Positions 8,926 to 18,571 of a DNA stretch of 64,000 nt are shown piece after piece. Under the pieces are notes generated by a model. That model was given only the letters and a program-made list of their open reading frames with translations. It ran no database searches and was not told the origin of the DNA. The first letter of the stretch is position 1. Every line of letters starts with the position of its first letter. The stretch is from a virus. The position numbers and the translations under genes were made by a program. The DNA lies in the IMG/VR virus record IMGVR_UViG_3300044653_000098, positions 64,001 through 128,000 of that record. One strand, given 5' to 3'.

Positions 8926-9691
8926 TAGCCACCTCCTGTGCCATTCCTCGTGCTGCTGCCAGCACCTGCCTTGCGATGTGACGACTGCTCAGGCCGTACG
9001 CTTCGCGGAGCCCCCGCTCAGTGAAGCTCGTGCCCTTGCGGATTTCCTTGGAGATTTCTTGCACGAGCTGGCGCATCGCCGGGTCGGTGTCGAGCTTCGG
9101 CTTCGGGCCGCGCTTCGCGTTGATGCTGACCACGTTCTTCTCGCGCTGCTTTTCGGTGTGCTCGGTCACCACCACCGGGCGCTTGGGCTTCGGCTGCCTG
9201 CGCAGCTCCTCGGCTGCCTTGGCCTTGGCCACCGCGTCCTTGACCAGCCCGAGCCCAATGCCCAGCGCGATGGTGGCGACGAGCGGCGCAACGGCGCTGC
9301 CCAGCTTCACGACGATTCCGGCGTGCAGCCCGTCGTGCACGGCGTTTCCCAGGATCGATACCGTCAGTGCTCCGGTCGTCACGATCCATGCCCAGCCGCG
9401 GGTGCGCCACCGGGTGTCCCCGCGCAGAGCGCACAGGAACAGCCGCAGCTCCCCCAGGGCAATGAGCCAGTCAATTATGATGGGATAGCCAGCGGCCCAG
9501 GGCTCGTGAAGATGAAGGTAGTTAATAGCGAGAGCGAACAGGCCCCGGTAGGACTCCCCGAAAGCCCACGATGTTGCCGAAATGATGATTACTGTCAGGC
9601 CCCACATGGTAATGGGGTCTGCGCGCTGAAGCGCCTTGCTCAGGTTGCCTGCGTGTGCAGCTGCGCGGAACCTGGTCATCCTGCCGGCCAT
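8918..9691 (-). CDS. DUF2637/SpdA-like plasmid spread protein with C-terminal HTH
   Basis: Four TM segments with S-Y..L, P..ID and S..GN..H motifs; C-terminal TERGLREAYGLSSRHIARQVL HTH; AGGAGG RBS. Confidence 0.75.
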   Translation of the reverse strand: MAGRMTRFRAAAHAGNLSKALQRADPITMWGLTVIIISATSWAFGESYRGLFALAINYLHLHEPWAAGYPIIIDWLIALGELRLFLCALRGDTRWRTRGWAWIVTTGALTVSILGNAVHDGLHAGIVVKLGSAVAPLVATIALGIGLGLVKDAVAKAKAAEELRRQPKPKRPVVVTEHTEKQREKNVVSINAKRGPKPKLDTDPAMRQLVQEISKEIRKGTSFTERGLREAYGLSSRHIARQVLAAARGMAQEVASG

Positions 9692-9887
9692 CCCGGACCC
9701 TCCTGGGTTCGTAGTCGGGTGGTTACAGCTCTCGGTGCGAGTTACTGTAGCCATAACGATTGTGGAACGCGATTGTTCCTGCGTATGCTGGCCTGTTCGG
9801 TGTTTGCCTTTGACACAGTGCTGGCCCTCGCCATTTAGATGGACGCACTTATGCCGCCGTCGCCGTGGCCTGCCGATGAACGCGGTC

Positions 9888-10271
9888 ATGGACAGGAACC
9901 TAAGCCGTTTGCTCCAGACGGGGCACTCGATTCCCGCAGATCTCCAGCAAGACGACACCGGCCCGCAGGTAGACGCGGCGGCGGCCGGGTGGGCACGGGT
10001 GCGCCAGATCCGCGGTACACAGGCCGATCCGAGGATGCCCCGCGAGCAGACTCCGTCCCCGGAGCCGGGGCAGCCGCCGGTCAACCACGCGCTGAGGCAG
10101 TTCCTGGCCACCGGCTCCTCGGCACCTCCGAGTGTGCGTGCCACCGGCCGCACGCCGCAGGCTCCCAGCGAGGTGCCGCCTGCCAAGGATGACGGCCGGT
10201 GGACCGGCCCCGGTTCAGCAGCGGCCGCGGTCCCGGTTGGCCTGGAGCAGGCGATGGGGCAGGACCGGTAG
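9888..10271 (+). CDS. Hypothetical protein
   Basis: ORF only; Pro-rich. Confidence 0.4.
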   Translation: MDRNLSRLLQTGHSIPADLQQDDTGPQVDAAAAGWARVRQIRGTQADPRMPREQTPSPEPGQPPVNHALRQFLATGSSAPPSVRATGRTPQAPSEVPPAKDDGRWTGPGSAAAAVPVGLEQAMGQDR

Positions 10272-10607
10272 CCGCCCCGTATAAGGTGCAGGCGCGGCTC
10301 CTGGCTTCTCTTGACCGGGGTTGTCTGGGAGCCGTGCCGCAGATGTCTCAGGCACGACAGCTGTCCCGTGCCCCTCCTGGGAAGGGCACGGTCCCGAGCC
10401 CGGAGTCTGAGACGCGGAGACGAGGGAGGGGCCTTTAAGCAGGTCCCCTGTAGGTCCCTCCCGACTCTCGGCGCCGGAAGATCACGACTTGGCACCTCCC
10501 CTTTTTGCGGTCTTGTCATTTTCTGGACACGACCGGTAGCCTCCAGCCGATAAGAGACGCCCCTGAGGCGCAGGTCACTGGTCTTGCACCTCGGCTAGGG
10601 GGCGTTC

Positions 10608-10949
10608 ATGAATGCTGCTGCGAAGGTCCGGCATGAGCCGGCCGTCTACTTCGTCACCGTCCTGGGCACGCTCGTCGCGCTCATCGTGGCGTTCGCCCAC
10701 CTCTCCCAGACCGATGCCGCCTACCTCGGCATGCTGGTTACCGGGCTGGGCACGATCATCACCGCCCTGCTGGCCCAGCCGCGCCACGTCGCGGTCATCG
10801 GCGGGGCGGCCGCTGACATCCTGCAGTCCCTCGTGCTGTTCAAGATTCACATGAGCAGCGGGGAGCAGGCCGCGATCCTCCAGGCGGTGGCGCTGCTCAC
10901 TGGCTACCTGGCGATGCGGCCGAACCTCACGCCCGACCACAGCGACTGA
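10608..10949 (+). CDS. Holin-like membrane protein
   Basis: 113 aa with 4 hydrophobic segments, N-terminal EPA motif and C-terminal R..LTP, as in actinophage holins. Confidence 0.6.
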   Translation: MNAAAKVRHEPAVYFVTVLGTLVALIVAFAHLSQTDAAYLGMLVTGLGTIITALLAQPRHVAVIGGAAADILQSLVLFKIHMSSGEQAAILQAVALLTGYLAMRPNLTPDHSD

Positions 10950-10973
10950 TCCGGGCGGAGCGGGGACCAGCAC

Positions 10974-11702
10974 ATGATGTTCATCGGTGGTATTTGCGTT
11001 TCCCAGGAACAGGCCGTCCATGCCCTCGACGTCCTGCGCGAAAGCCCTGGGATGATGGTCCGGCAGCCTCTCCAGCGGGCCGGGAACCCGCTGGCGGCCT
11101 GCGACTACCACGCGGCCGCAGCGCCGTACCGTTCCCGGCCCCAGGATGTGCCTGCGGCCGGCCGGGGCGCTGCCGGGCGGCACCTGACCAAGCCCGCGTT
11201 CGTGCTCGCGGTTGAGACAGCCCTGGCCCTCGACCGCCAGGCGGACGAGCGCAAGGCCGAGCTGGAGCGTGCGGTGGCTGCTCTGCAGCCACCTGTGTCC
11301 CGCGAGGATGTCGACGCGGCCATGGCAGCCTTCGCCGTTGATTGCTCTTACGTGACCTCGATGGCCAATAACGCCGTCGCGGTCCTGCGCAAGCGCTACG
11401 CCACGGGCCGGAGGTTTGCCCTCCGCGCGGCCTCCCAGGCGGCCGTGGCGCTGTGCTCCAGCCGTCCGGGTGCGTTCCGGTGCGCCGCGGTCGCGCCGTG
11501 CGGGACGGGAGACTGCAGGCTCGCCCGCGGGGTGCTGGCGGGGCTCGACATCCCGGCCGGCCGGGAAGCACGCGGCCCGGCGCTGGCCCGCCCGGGCAAC
11601 CATGTGGCGGCCGGGGACCGGTTCGCGCCTGATGTCATGCTCGACTCGCTGCTGGAGCGGCAGCCCTGGATCGCTGGCGGGGGTTTGTCTGTCGCCGTAT
11701 AG
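10974..11702 (+). CDS. Hypothetical protein sharing a domain with the ECF-like sigma factor at 23354
   Basis: VLRESPGMMVRQPLQRAGNPLA versus VLRSAPGIMVRQPLAKAGHPLA. Confidence 0.65.
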   Translation: MMFIGGICVSQEQAVHALDVLRESPGMMVRQPLQRAGNPLAACDYHAAAAPYRSRPQDVPAAGRGAAGRHLTKPAFVLAVETALALDRQADERKAELERAVAALQPPVSREDVDAAMAAFAVDCSYVTSMANNAVAVLRKRYATGRRFALRAASQAAVALCSSRPGAFRCAAVAPCGTGDCRLARGVLAGLDIPAGREARGPALARPGNHVAAGDRFAPDVMLDSLLERQPWIAGGGLSVAV

Positions 11703-11824
11703 TGACCGGTGCCTCCAGCCATCGCGCTGGGTGGCGGACAGCCCAGCAGGCGAGCAGGGCTGATGAAGCAGAGGGCCGGGGCCTACCGTGATCCCGGCCC
11801 TCCTGCATCTCCTATGCTCTCCCG

Positions 11825-12466
11825 GTGCCTGAAGTCCCTACCCTGCGCGAGAAGTGGCCCTCCATCCTGGCCACAGTGATCATTGCCCCAGCATCAGCGT
11901 GGCTGCTGAGTTTCGCCGGGGTGGCCGGCACCGTCACCGGGATCGCCGTCGGCAGCGCGCTGTCGGGCACGGCCGGGTCGGTGGTCGAGCGGTGGATCCG
12001 GCTGTCTCACCAGGCAGCCGCCCGCAAGCTGACCGAGCACAAGGCAGCATCCGCCCACGGCCGCCAGCCTCCTGCGCATGCGGAGGTGGAGGATCCCTGG
12101 GAGAGCTACTACCGGCCGGGCACGGCGGTGCGGCGTTTCGACATCCCGTGGCGCAGGGCGGCGCTGTGGGCAGCAGCCGCCATCGTGCTGTCCGGAGGAT
12201 CGGTAGTGGTGGCCCAGGCGGTCAGCCACCGTTCGGCCAGCGATCTGGTGCGGGGGATACCGGCGCGGCGTCGACCAGTGCCTGAGAACACGGTTGCTCC
12301 CGTTCCGTCCTATTCTCCGTCACCTTATGTAAGCCCTACGCCGGCCGTGACCCCCAGCTCATCACCCTCCGTCACGCCCAGCCCTTCGTCGTCGCCTTCC
12401 CCCACACCGGTCCCCTCCTCCACCCCGACGCCGGTCATCAGTCCGTCTCCGATAATCCCGGAGTGA
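11825..12466 (+). CDS. Membrane protein with Pro/Ser/Thr-rich tail
   Basis: TM segments plus SPSPTP repeats. Confidence 0.7.
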   Translation: MPEVPTLREKWPSILATVIIAPASAWLLSFAGVAGTVTGIAVGSALSGTAGSVVERWIRLSHQAAARKLTEHKAASAHGRQPPAHAEVEDPWESYYRPGTAVRRFDIPWRRAALWAAAAIVLSGGSVVVAQAVSHRSASDLVRGIPARRRPVPENTVAPVPSYSPSPYVSPTPAVTPSSSPSVTPSPSSSPSPTPVPSSTPTPVISPSPIIPE

Positions 12467-12497
12467 GGATCGTCGCTGATCTGACGATGGCGCGGGC

Positions 12498-12941
12498 ATG
12501 AATGTCGTCACGGCGCCTGACCCGCGCTCTGCGCGGCTGCCGGTCCGGAGTCTTCTGCTCATCGCCGCGCTCTGCGTGCTCGCGGTCTTCTACACGATCC
12601 ACATGCGCCAGTGCCAGTCCGAGGCGTGGCGGATCATCGGCTCGCGCGACCCCTCCGGCGCTTGGTACGGGTTCTGGTCGGGGCTGGGCGGCTCGCTGCC
12701 GGACATCGCGCTGTTCACCGGGGTGACGGCGTGGTATCTGCACCACACCTGCCATATGAGCCCCTGGTGCCTGCGCTGGGGCAAGTTCGAGGCTGCCGGA
12801 GGGGTGTTCAGGCTGTGCCGTCACCACCACCCAGACATCGACGCGCTGAAGCATCTCTCGCGCCGCGACATGATTCACAAGCTGCACCGGGAGCACCTGG
12901 ACCGGACCTCTCGCAGAGCGCCGGCCAAGCCCAGGGCATGA
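12498..12941 (+). CDS. Hypothetical membrane protein
   Basis: TM segments; WYGFWSG and C..C..C..HH motifs. Confidence 0.7.
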   Translation: MNVVTAPDPRSARLPVRSLLLIAALCVLAVFYTIHMRQCQSEAWRIIGSRDPSGAWYGFWSGLGGSLPDIALFTGVTAWYLHHTCHMSPWCLRWGKFEAAGGVFRLCRHHHPDIDALKHLSRRDMIHKLHREHLDRTSRRAPAKPRA

Positions 12942-13294
12942 ACGGCCACCACAAGGCCGCGCTCGCGACGATCTCGGCCTGCTCGGCCCTCACGATGCTG
13001 TGGGGCTGGCTGTTCTCGCTGGCCGAGCAGCTGCCGGCCACCACCGGCCTGTACTGGTCGGTGATCACCGCGGCGACCGTCGGCTACGGCGACGTGATCC
13101 CGCACAACCCGCTGGGCCGGCTGATTGCCGTGGCCGCCGCCATCACCGCGATCCCGCTCTACTCGGCCAGCGTCGGCCTGTTCATCGGGGGAGTGGCTGC
13201 CCGGGTCATCCACAACGTTGTGCACGATGCCAAGACCGAGATCAAGGACCATGTCGAGGAGCGTCTGCGGCATCATCTGCAAAACCGCATGTAG
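12938..13294 (+). CDS. Minimal 2-TM potassium channel (KcsA-like pore)
   Basis: LYWSVITAATVGYGDVIP selectivity filter flanked by two TM helices; ATGA overlap with the previous gene. Confidence 0.9.
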   Translation: MNGHHKAALATISACSALTMLWGWLFSLAEQLPATTGLYWSVITAATVGYGDVIPHNPLGRLIAVAAAITAIPLYSASVGLFIGGVAARVIHNVVHDAKTEIKDHVEERLRHHLQNRM

Positions 13295-13364
13295 CCTGCG
13301 CGTTCGCCTGCGCTGGGCACCTCACCTGCGGTAAGTTCACCGCGCAGCCTCCGGAAGGGACGCC

Positions 13365-13970
13365 ATGAGCAAGCAGCTGGGCCGCCGCGACGCACTCCGG
13401 ATCGAGGCGCTGCACGCCGCGGTCGCTTTCGCGGCCTCGGCTGAACCGGAGGTAGTGCTGCTTGCAGTAGCCGACGACTGTTTCGGCTGGCTCGTACGGC
13501 ACGAGACGGAGAAGCTCGCCGTCTCCGTTAAGGTGACCCGTCCCGATGGGACAGTCGCATTCACCGCCCAGCTCACCCAGTCAGCAGGAGAAGGGAACAC
13601 GCCGCTCATGACCGCTATGTTCGACGCAGACACCGCCACCATCACTATCGAGCCGGAAGACTCGATGAACCAGCCGACCGGCGACAGCCTGACCGTTGCG
13701 CAGAGCGACAACGGCACGCCGACGACCGGCGGCGCCCCGGCCACGCCTGGCACGATCGCCAACGTCACCTACACCACCGACGACAACGGCGCGATCACCG
13801 ACGTCACGGTCGCTCCGGTGGCCACGGGCTCGGTCACGATCACGGTGTCGGACCCGAGCGCGCCGGGCGTGGCCCCGTTCACCAACACCTTCGACGTCGC
13901 TGCGGGCGCAACTGCGTCGCTGGTCGGCGCCGTCACGGTCAACGCAGGGGCGAACTCGCCTTCTGCCTGA
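13365..13970 (+). CDS. Hypothetical protein with Thr/Val-rich beta-sandwich (Ig-like) C-terminal domain
   Basis: GSVTITVS-type strands; possible internal start near 13608. Confidence 0.55.
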   Translation: MSKQLGRRDALRIEALHAAVAFAASAEPEVVLLAVADDCFGWLVRHETEKLAVSVKVTRPDGTVAFTAQLTQSAGEGNTPLMTAMFDADTATITIEPEDSMNQPTGDSLTVAQSDNGTPTTGGAPATPGTIANVTYTTDDNGAITDVTVAPVATGSVTITVSDPSAPGVAPFTNTFDVAAGATASLVGAVTVNAGANSPSA

Positions 13971-14146
13971 TTTACCGGACGATGCCCAGGACGTGAGCCC
14001 TGAGGCACGTGCCGGCGCAGCCGGGAACTGGCGGTCCTTTCCTCCTCTGGTCCGCCAGTTCGTCCGGCCGGCGCGCTTTCATGACCCCTGATCTGCTCTC
14101 ATCTGGGCATAGAGGTGCCCGATAGCAAGCCACCGGTATAAGAGAC

Positions 14147-15868
14147 GTGATCGCTGACGTCAGAACGTGGGATCCGCGTGTCCGCATGCAGGCTGCCTGG
14201 ATGGCCCACGAGGCGCCCGACATCACCGACTACGAGGTGCCAGCCTGCTGGAATGATAGAGTCTGCCTCCAGCACCGGCAGTCTGCCGGCCGCTGCCCGC
14301 TGTGCGGCTCGGACCGCAGCCCGCACCTGTGCCCGCTGTGCGACTACTGCGGGGTCATGCTCCGGCGCCACCAGCGGACTGGTTCGATGTGGCTGTTCCT
14401 GGCCGGGGATGCCCTGCTGGCGGACACGGTCGGCCTGGGCAAGACGCCCTCGGTGACCGGGATGCTCGCCTTCTGCAAGGAATCCGGCGAGCTGAGCCTG
14501 CAGAACCGGGCGGTGGTCGTCGCCAAGTCCAGCGCCGTCGGCCAGTGGGCCACGCAGCTGACCCGCATGATTCCGTCGCTGCGGGTGATCGCCACGACCG
14601 GCAGCATGCCCAAGCAGCAGCGGATCAACGCCTACCTGACCCCGTGGGAGGTAGCGGTCATCTCCGAGCGCACGCTGGCCTCGGCCCGCGGGGCGAAGCG
14701 GAGCAAGGAAGGCGACCTCACGTACCTGTCGCACTTCCCGGTCGGGATCGTCGTTGCCGACGACACCGATGCCATGCGCACCCGCACGACCCGGACGTCG
14801 CACGCGGTCCGTGAGCTGGCTGGCCGGGCGTCCAGGGTGGTCATCGTGCACGGCACGCCACTCCAGAAGAAGATGGATGAGCTTTACAACTTCCTGGAGC
14901 CGATCGGCGGCCCGGCCCGCCTCGGCAGCCAGCGGCAGTTCCATTACCGGTACGTCACCACCTCGACCGACTCCTACTACACCCGTGACAGCACCGGGCA
15001 GGTGGTCGAGTGCGAGCGCACCACCGACACCGGGGTCAAGAACGAGCAGGAGCTGCAGCGGCTGATCGCCCCGCTGATCCTGCGCCGCCGGCCCGAGCAC
15101 GTGGACGACATGACCCTGCCCGCGATCCAGCCGCACGTGGTCTGGCTCGACCCCTCCCCGGCCCAGGCCCGGCGCTATGCCGAGCTGCAGGACGGGGTGC
15201 TGCGTCTGATACGGGAGCAGGGCGAGACCATCTCCCGGCCGCAGGCGGCCGCGCTGTGGACCCACGGCTGGCAGATCTGCTCCGGGCTGGCCACCCTGGA
15301 CGAGGGGCCCGGTGACGACAGCATCAAGCTCGACTGGATCATGGAGCATGTCGAGCCGCCGAGCGCCATGAGCCTGGGCGGGTTCGCCGGCGATAAGGCC
15401 GTGGTCTTCGTCAACTTCAAGCCGAATGTGGAGGCCCTGTCCCGGAGACTGGACGTCGCGGGCATCCGGCATGTAGTCATGTGGGGGAACGAGACCGGCC
15501 AGGCCGAGCGTGACCGCCGGCTGGCCGCATTCCGCCAGGATCCTGGCTGCCGGATGCTGATCGGGACGACGACTATCGAGATGAGCCTGAACCTTCAGGC
15601 CGCGCGCCACCTCGTTGCCGTCGATACCATCCCGAACCCCGCGCGCATGACGCAGCTAGCGGGGCGCGTGAGGCGCGCGGGGTCTCCGTTCAGCACGGTG
15701 TACTTTCATCAGCTTCTGCTTCGTGGGACGCAGGAGGAGGGTATTCTCAACCAGCTGTACTCCGAGCAGGAGACCGCGGACACCGTCTGGGGAGAGCAGG
15801 GCGATCTGTTCCAGGACAGAACCCCGCTGGAGATGCTGCGGATGATCGCAGCCCGGAGGGCGGCATAG
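14147..15868 (+). CDS. SNF2-family helicase
   Basis: LLADTVGLGKT, HGTPLQK..DELY, LILRRR, SLNLQAA and QLAGRVRR motifs; N-terminal Cys cluster. Confidence 0.9.
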   Translation: MIADVRTWDPRVRMQAAWMAHEAPDITDYEVPACWNDRVCLQHRQSAGRCPLCGSDRSPHLCPLCDYCGVMLRRHQRTGSMWLFLAGDALLADTVGLGKTPSVTGMLAFCKESGELSLQNRAVVVAKSSAVGQWATQLTRMIPSLRVIATTGSMPKQQRINAYLTPWEVAVISERTLASARGAKRSKEGDLTYLSHFPVGIVVADDTDAMRTRTTRTSHAVRELAGRASRVVIVHGTPLQKKMDELYNFLEPIGGPARLGSQRQFHYRYVTTSTDSYYTRDSTGQVVECERTTDTGVKNEQELQRLIAPLILRRRPEHVDDMTLPAIQPHVVWLDPSPAQARRYAELQDGVLRLIREQGETISRPQAAALWTHGWQICSGLATLDEGPGDDSIKLDWIMEHVEPPSAMSLGGFAGDKAVVFVNFKPNVEALSRRLDVAGIRHVVMWGNETGQAERDRRLAAFRQDPGCRMLIGTTTIEMSLNLQAARHLVAVDTIPNPARMTQLAGRVRRAGSPFSTVYFHQLLLRGTQEEGILNQLYSEQETADTVWGEQGDLFQDRTPLEMLRMIAARRAA

Positions 15869-15871
15869 GCC

Positions 15872-16066
15872 ATGGCTGTCACCGATCAGTTCTGGCGAGT
15901 GACTTTGAGACTGCCCCACGGAGCCGTGATGATATTTTCCGTAACGGGCGCTACGCGCCGGGACGCTGCGGCGGCCATGTTCCTGCACCTGCTGCACCAT
16001 GGCCCAGCCCCTAGCAAGATCAGCGACATCAAGTTGTGGCAGCAGGCTTCTCGCGTTAAGCCGTGA
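15872..16066 (+). CDS. Hypothetical protein
   Basis: Small ORF tightly coupled to its neighbours. Confidence 0.5.
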   Translation: MAVTDQFWRVTLRLPHGAVMIFSVTGATRRDAAAAMFLHLLHHGPAPSKISDIKLWQQASRVKP

Positions 16067-16746
16067 CGCCGGAGATCGAGCGTCTTGTTGCGGAGCTGAT
16101 GCCCCAGGCCAAGGCCGAGGCGTGGAAGCTGTTCAACACGGCGCCCCAGCAGCTGAGCCTGGACGAGCTGGTCTCCTGGGCTTATCTCGGGCTGTCCAAG
16201 GCCGGGGACCGGTGGCAGGGGTACTGCGAGAAGAACAGCTACAGCCCGGATGCCACGCAGTATTTCGCTGCGTATGCGCTGCGCTACATCCGCGGGACGA
16301 TGGTCGACTCCCTGCGCTCCTCCGACCACGTCACCCGTTCGATGCGCCGCCGGGCCAAGGATCTGCGCGACGCCGGCCAGGATCTTGGCGTCGGTGAGAG
16401 TGAGCTGGCGGAGAAGACCGGCCTGACGGTCCAGCAGATCCGGGCCACGGTTGCCGCGGTGGCCCGGCGGCCGGTGTCCATGGATGCCGAGCCCGTCGAC
16501 ATCGCGGATGATGACGACGTGGAGGGCCAAGCGGTGGTTAACACCGTGCTGGCCGCCGCGGTGCAGGTGCTGCTGGCCCAGCCCCCCGACGTCCAGGCCG
16601 TGATCGCGCTGCGCTACCACCAGGGGATGGACCTGCGGGCGGTGGCTACGCAGCTGGGCTGGCCGGAATCCGAGGTGGGCGACCTGCACACCGCAGGCAT
16701 CCTCGCCGTGCACGAGGCCATGCTGTCCGCGGTTGATGAGTCCTAG
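16063..16746 (+). CDS. FliA/WhiG-like sigma70-family sigma factor
   Basis: DELVSWAYLGL, FAAYALRYIRGTMVDSLRSSDHVTRSMR (region 2), PVSMD and region-4 HTH. Confidence 0.9.
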   Translation: MTPEIERLVAELMPQAKAEAWKLFNTAPQQLSLDELVSWAYLGLSKAGDRWQGYCEKNSYSPDATQYFAAYALRYIRGTMVDSLRSSDHVTRSMRRRAKDLRDAGQDLGVGESELAEKTGLTVQQIRATVAAVARRPVSMDAEPVDIADDDDVEGQAVVNTVLAAAVQVLLAQPPDVQAVIALRYHQGMDLRAVATQLGWPESEVGDLHTAGILAVHEAMLSAVDES

Positions 16747-16763
16747 GGAGCGGTAACAGCCTC

Positions 16764-17228
16764 ATGCTGGATCGTGCAGAGAAGCTGGCCGGGCGCTGGT
16801 TCAAGGCGCAGATGGATGCCTACCTGGACCGCCTGAACGCCGAGGATCCCCCGAACTTCACGGTGCCTGAGGTGCTGCGCAACCCCCGCCACGACTGCAA
16901 GCACCGCGGCGGGATGTCGACGTCCTTCCGGATGGCGGAGATCTACGTCACCTCGCCGGAGATCTGGATCTGCTATTGCAGCAAGACTGGCCTGATGGGG
17001 CCGGACTTCCCTCATGACGACTGCCAGGGAGGCGTCGTGGCTGCCGTGGAGGCCCGCTTCGGCTTCCTGTACTCCGAGGGCCGGTGCCGCTGCGGGATCC
17101 ACGGCCGCTCGCCTCATGGCCGCATTGTCGATGCCGTAGAGCGTCCTCCGATCGGAAGGGTACGGGCGTGGCAGACGACGGACATGGCGGCAAAGTCCCC
17201 GGGAAGTGGAAGGACGCCCTCCCGGTAG
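16764..17228 (+). CDS. Hypothetical Cys-rich protein
   Basis: ORF with GTAACA-N5-ATG start context. Confidence 0.6.
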   Translation: MLDRAEKLAGRWFKAQMDAYLDRLNAEDPPNFTVPEVLRNPRHDCKHRGGMSTSFRMAEIYVTSPEIWICYCSKTGLMGPDFPHDDCQGGVVAAVEARFGFLYSEGRCRCGIHGRSPHGRIVDAVERPPIGRVRAWQTTDMAAKSPGSGRTPSR

Positions 17229-17782
17229 TCCCCGATAAGGTTGCGGAGCACCTCGATGCGGGCCACGACGTGCCGCTGGAGGCCATGGTCAGCGAGAAGG
17301 CCATGGAGCAGTTCGAGGACCATGTCAGGCGCCAGGCAGAGCCGGTGCACGCTGAGGATCTGATCCCGGTCGCCCGCAACGACCCGCGGATCCAGGGGCC
17401 CGCCCCGGGCAACGGCTCGGTGCTGCCCAAGGTGCCGGTCCGGCGCCGCGTCATCCCCGCCCCGTTCAAGCGGCCGAGCATCCACATCGACCACCACGGC
17501 AAGAGCTGGCAGGTTAAGCACGTTGAGTCGGTGCAGGCCGGCGACATCGTGCCGGACGTCGGCCGGGTGGCCAAGGCTGAGCAGCGGACCCGGTACGTGC
17601 GGATGTCGGAAGTGATGAGGCTGGAGGATCTTCAGCTGCACGCCCTGAACCCGCACAAGCAGGTGGCGGTCGGCCTCGAAGTCGTGCTCACCGGTATAGA
17701 TGGCCGTGAGCACCTATTTGAGCCGTCTCAGCGCATACGAGTCTTCACCGCGGAAGAGCACGCGGGTGCCAGCGCCGACTAA
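17168..17782 (+). CDS. Hypothetical protein
   Basis: GTG start with GGAAGG upstream; coding-like codon usage. Confidence 0.6.
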   Translation: MADDGHGGKVPGKWKDALPVVPDKVAEHLDAGHDVPLEAMVSEKAMEQFEDHVRRQAEPVHAEDLIPVARNDPRIQGPAPGNGSVLPKVPVRRRVIPAPFKRPSIHIDHHGKSWQVKHVESVQAGDIVPDVGRVAKAEQRTRYVRMSEVMRLEDLQLHALNPHKQVAVGLEVVLTGIDGREHLFEPSQRIRVFTAEEHAGASAD

Positions 17783-17966
17783 GGCCGAGCTGGGAGCCGT
17801 CCCGGCCGGCCTGATCACCGGCCTGCGCCCGCACGACTGCATCAACTGCACCTGGACCATGGTCCGCGGGGTGTGGACCCTGAAGTTCATCCACTCCGAG
17901 TGCCCGGCGCACCGCGGCCTGCCGCGCGCCACCGACGGCCTGCGCTCCTGGATGCTTACCGGATGA
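17700..17966 (+). CDS. Small hypothetical Zn-binding protein
   Basis: HDCINC...CPAH; ATGA overlap with the MTase; start uncertain. Confidence 0.45.
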   Translation: MAVSTYLSRLSAYESSPRKSTRVPAPTKAELGAVPAGLITGLRPHDCINCTWTMVRGVWTLKFIHSECPAHRGLPRATDGLRSWMLTG

Positions 17967-18571
17967 AGACAGGCAGCCTCTGCACGGGCTACAGCGGCCT
18001 GGAGCTGGGCGCTGCCGCCTACTTCGACATCGACTTGCAGTGGGTGGCTGACAACGACTCTGACGCCGCGGTGGCGCTGGCTGAGCACCATCCTGGGGTG
18101 CTGAACCTCGGGGACATCAAAGAGGTCGACTGGTCCCGCGTCACCCCGGTCGAGCTGCTGCTCCTGGGCTTCCCGTGCCCGGACGTCTCGTCGGCCGGCC
18201 GGCGGGCAGGGCTGCAGCCCGGTAACAGGAGCGGGATCTGGTCGCACTGCGCTTATGCGATAGGAGTGCTACGACCTCAGCTGATCTTGGTGGAAAATGT
18301 AAAGGGGCTGCTCAGTGCTCGTGCCCACAGCGACGTGGAACCCTGCCCGTGGTGTATGGGAAACGCCACAGATCGCATCCTGCGGGCACTTGGTGCCGTA
18401 CTCGGTGACCTTGCCACGCTCGGGTACGATGCGGAATGGGAAACTCTATCCGCCTCTGACGCCGGCTGCTGCCATCCCCGTGATCGGGTCTTCATCGTCG
18501 CCTGGCCCCGTGCTGCTGAAGACACCGACAGCCCAGCTGGGGATCAACGGCGGGAGCCAGCATCCGTCTAA
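17963..18571 (+). CDS. C5-cytosine DNA methyltransferase, N-terminal (catalytic) subunit
   Basis: Motif I SLCTGYSG, IV GFPCPDVS, VI ENVKGLL, VIII HPRDRVFIVA. Confidence 0.9.
   Translation: MKTGSLCTGYSGLELGAAAYFDIDLQWVADNDSDAAVALAEHHPGVLNLGDIKEVDWSRVTPVELLLLGFPCPDVSSAGRRAGLQPGNRSGIWSHCAYAIGVLRPQLILVENVKGLLSARAHSDVEPCPWCMGNATDRILRALGAVLGDLATLGYDAEWETLSASDAGCCHPRDRVFIVAWPRAAEDTDSPAGDQRREPASV

Noticed and set aside
9692-10519. N-terminal extension of the DUF2637 ORF to 533 aa
   Set aside because: The upstream part is non-protein-like, and a strong RBS supports the start at 9691.
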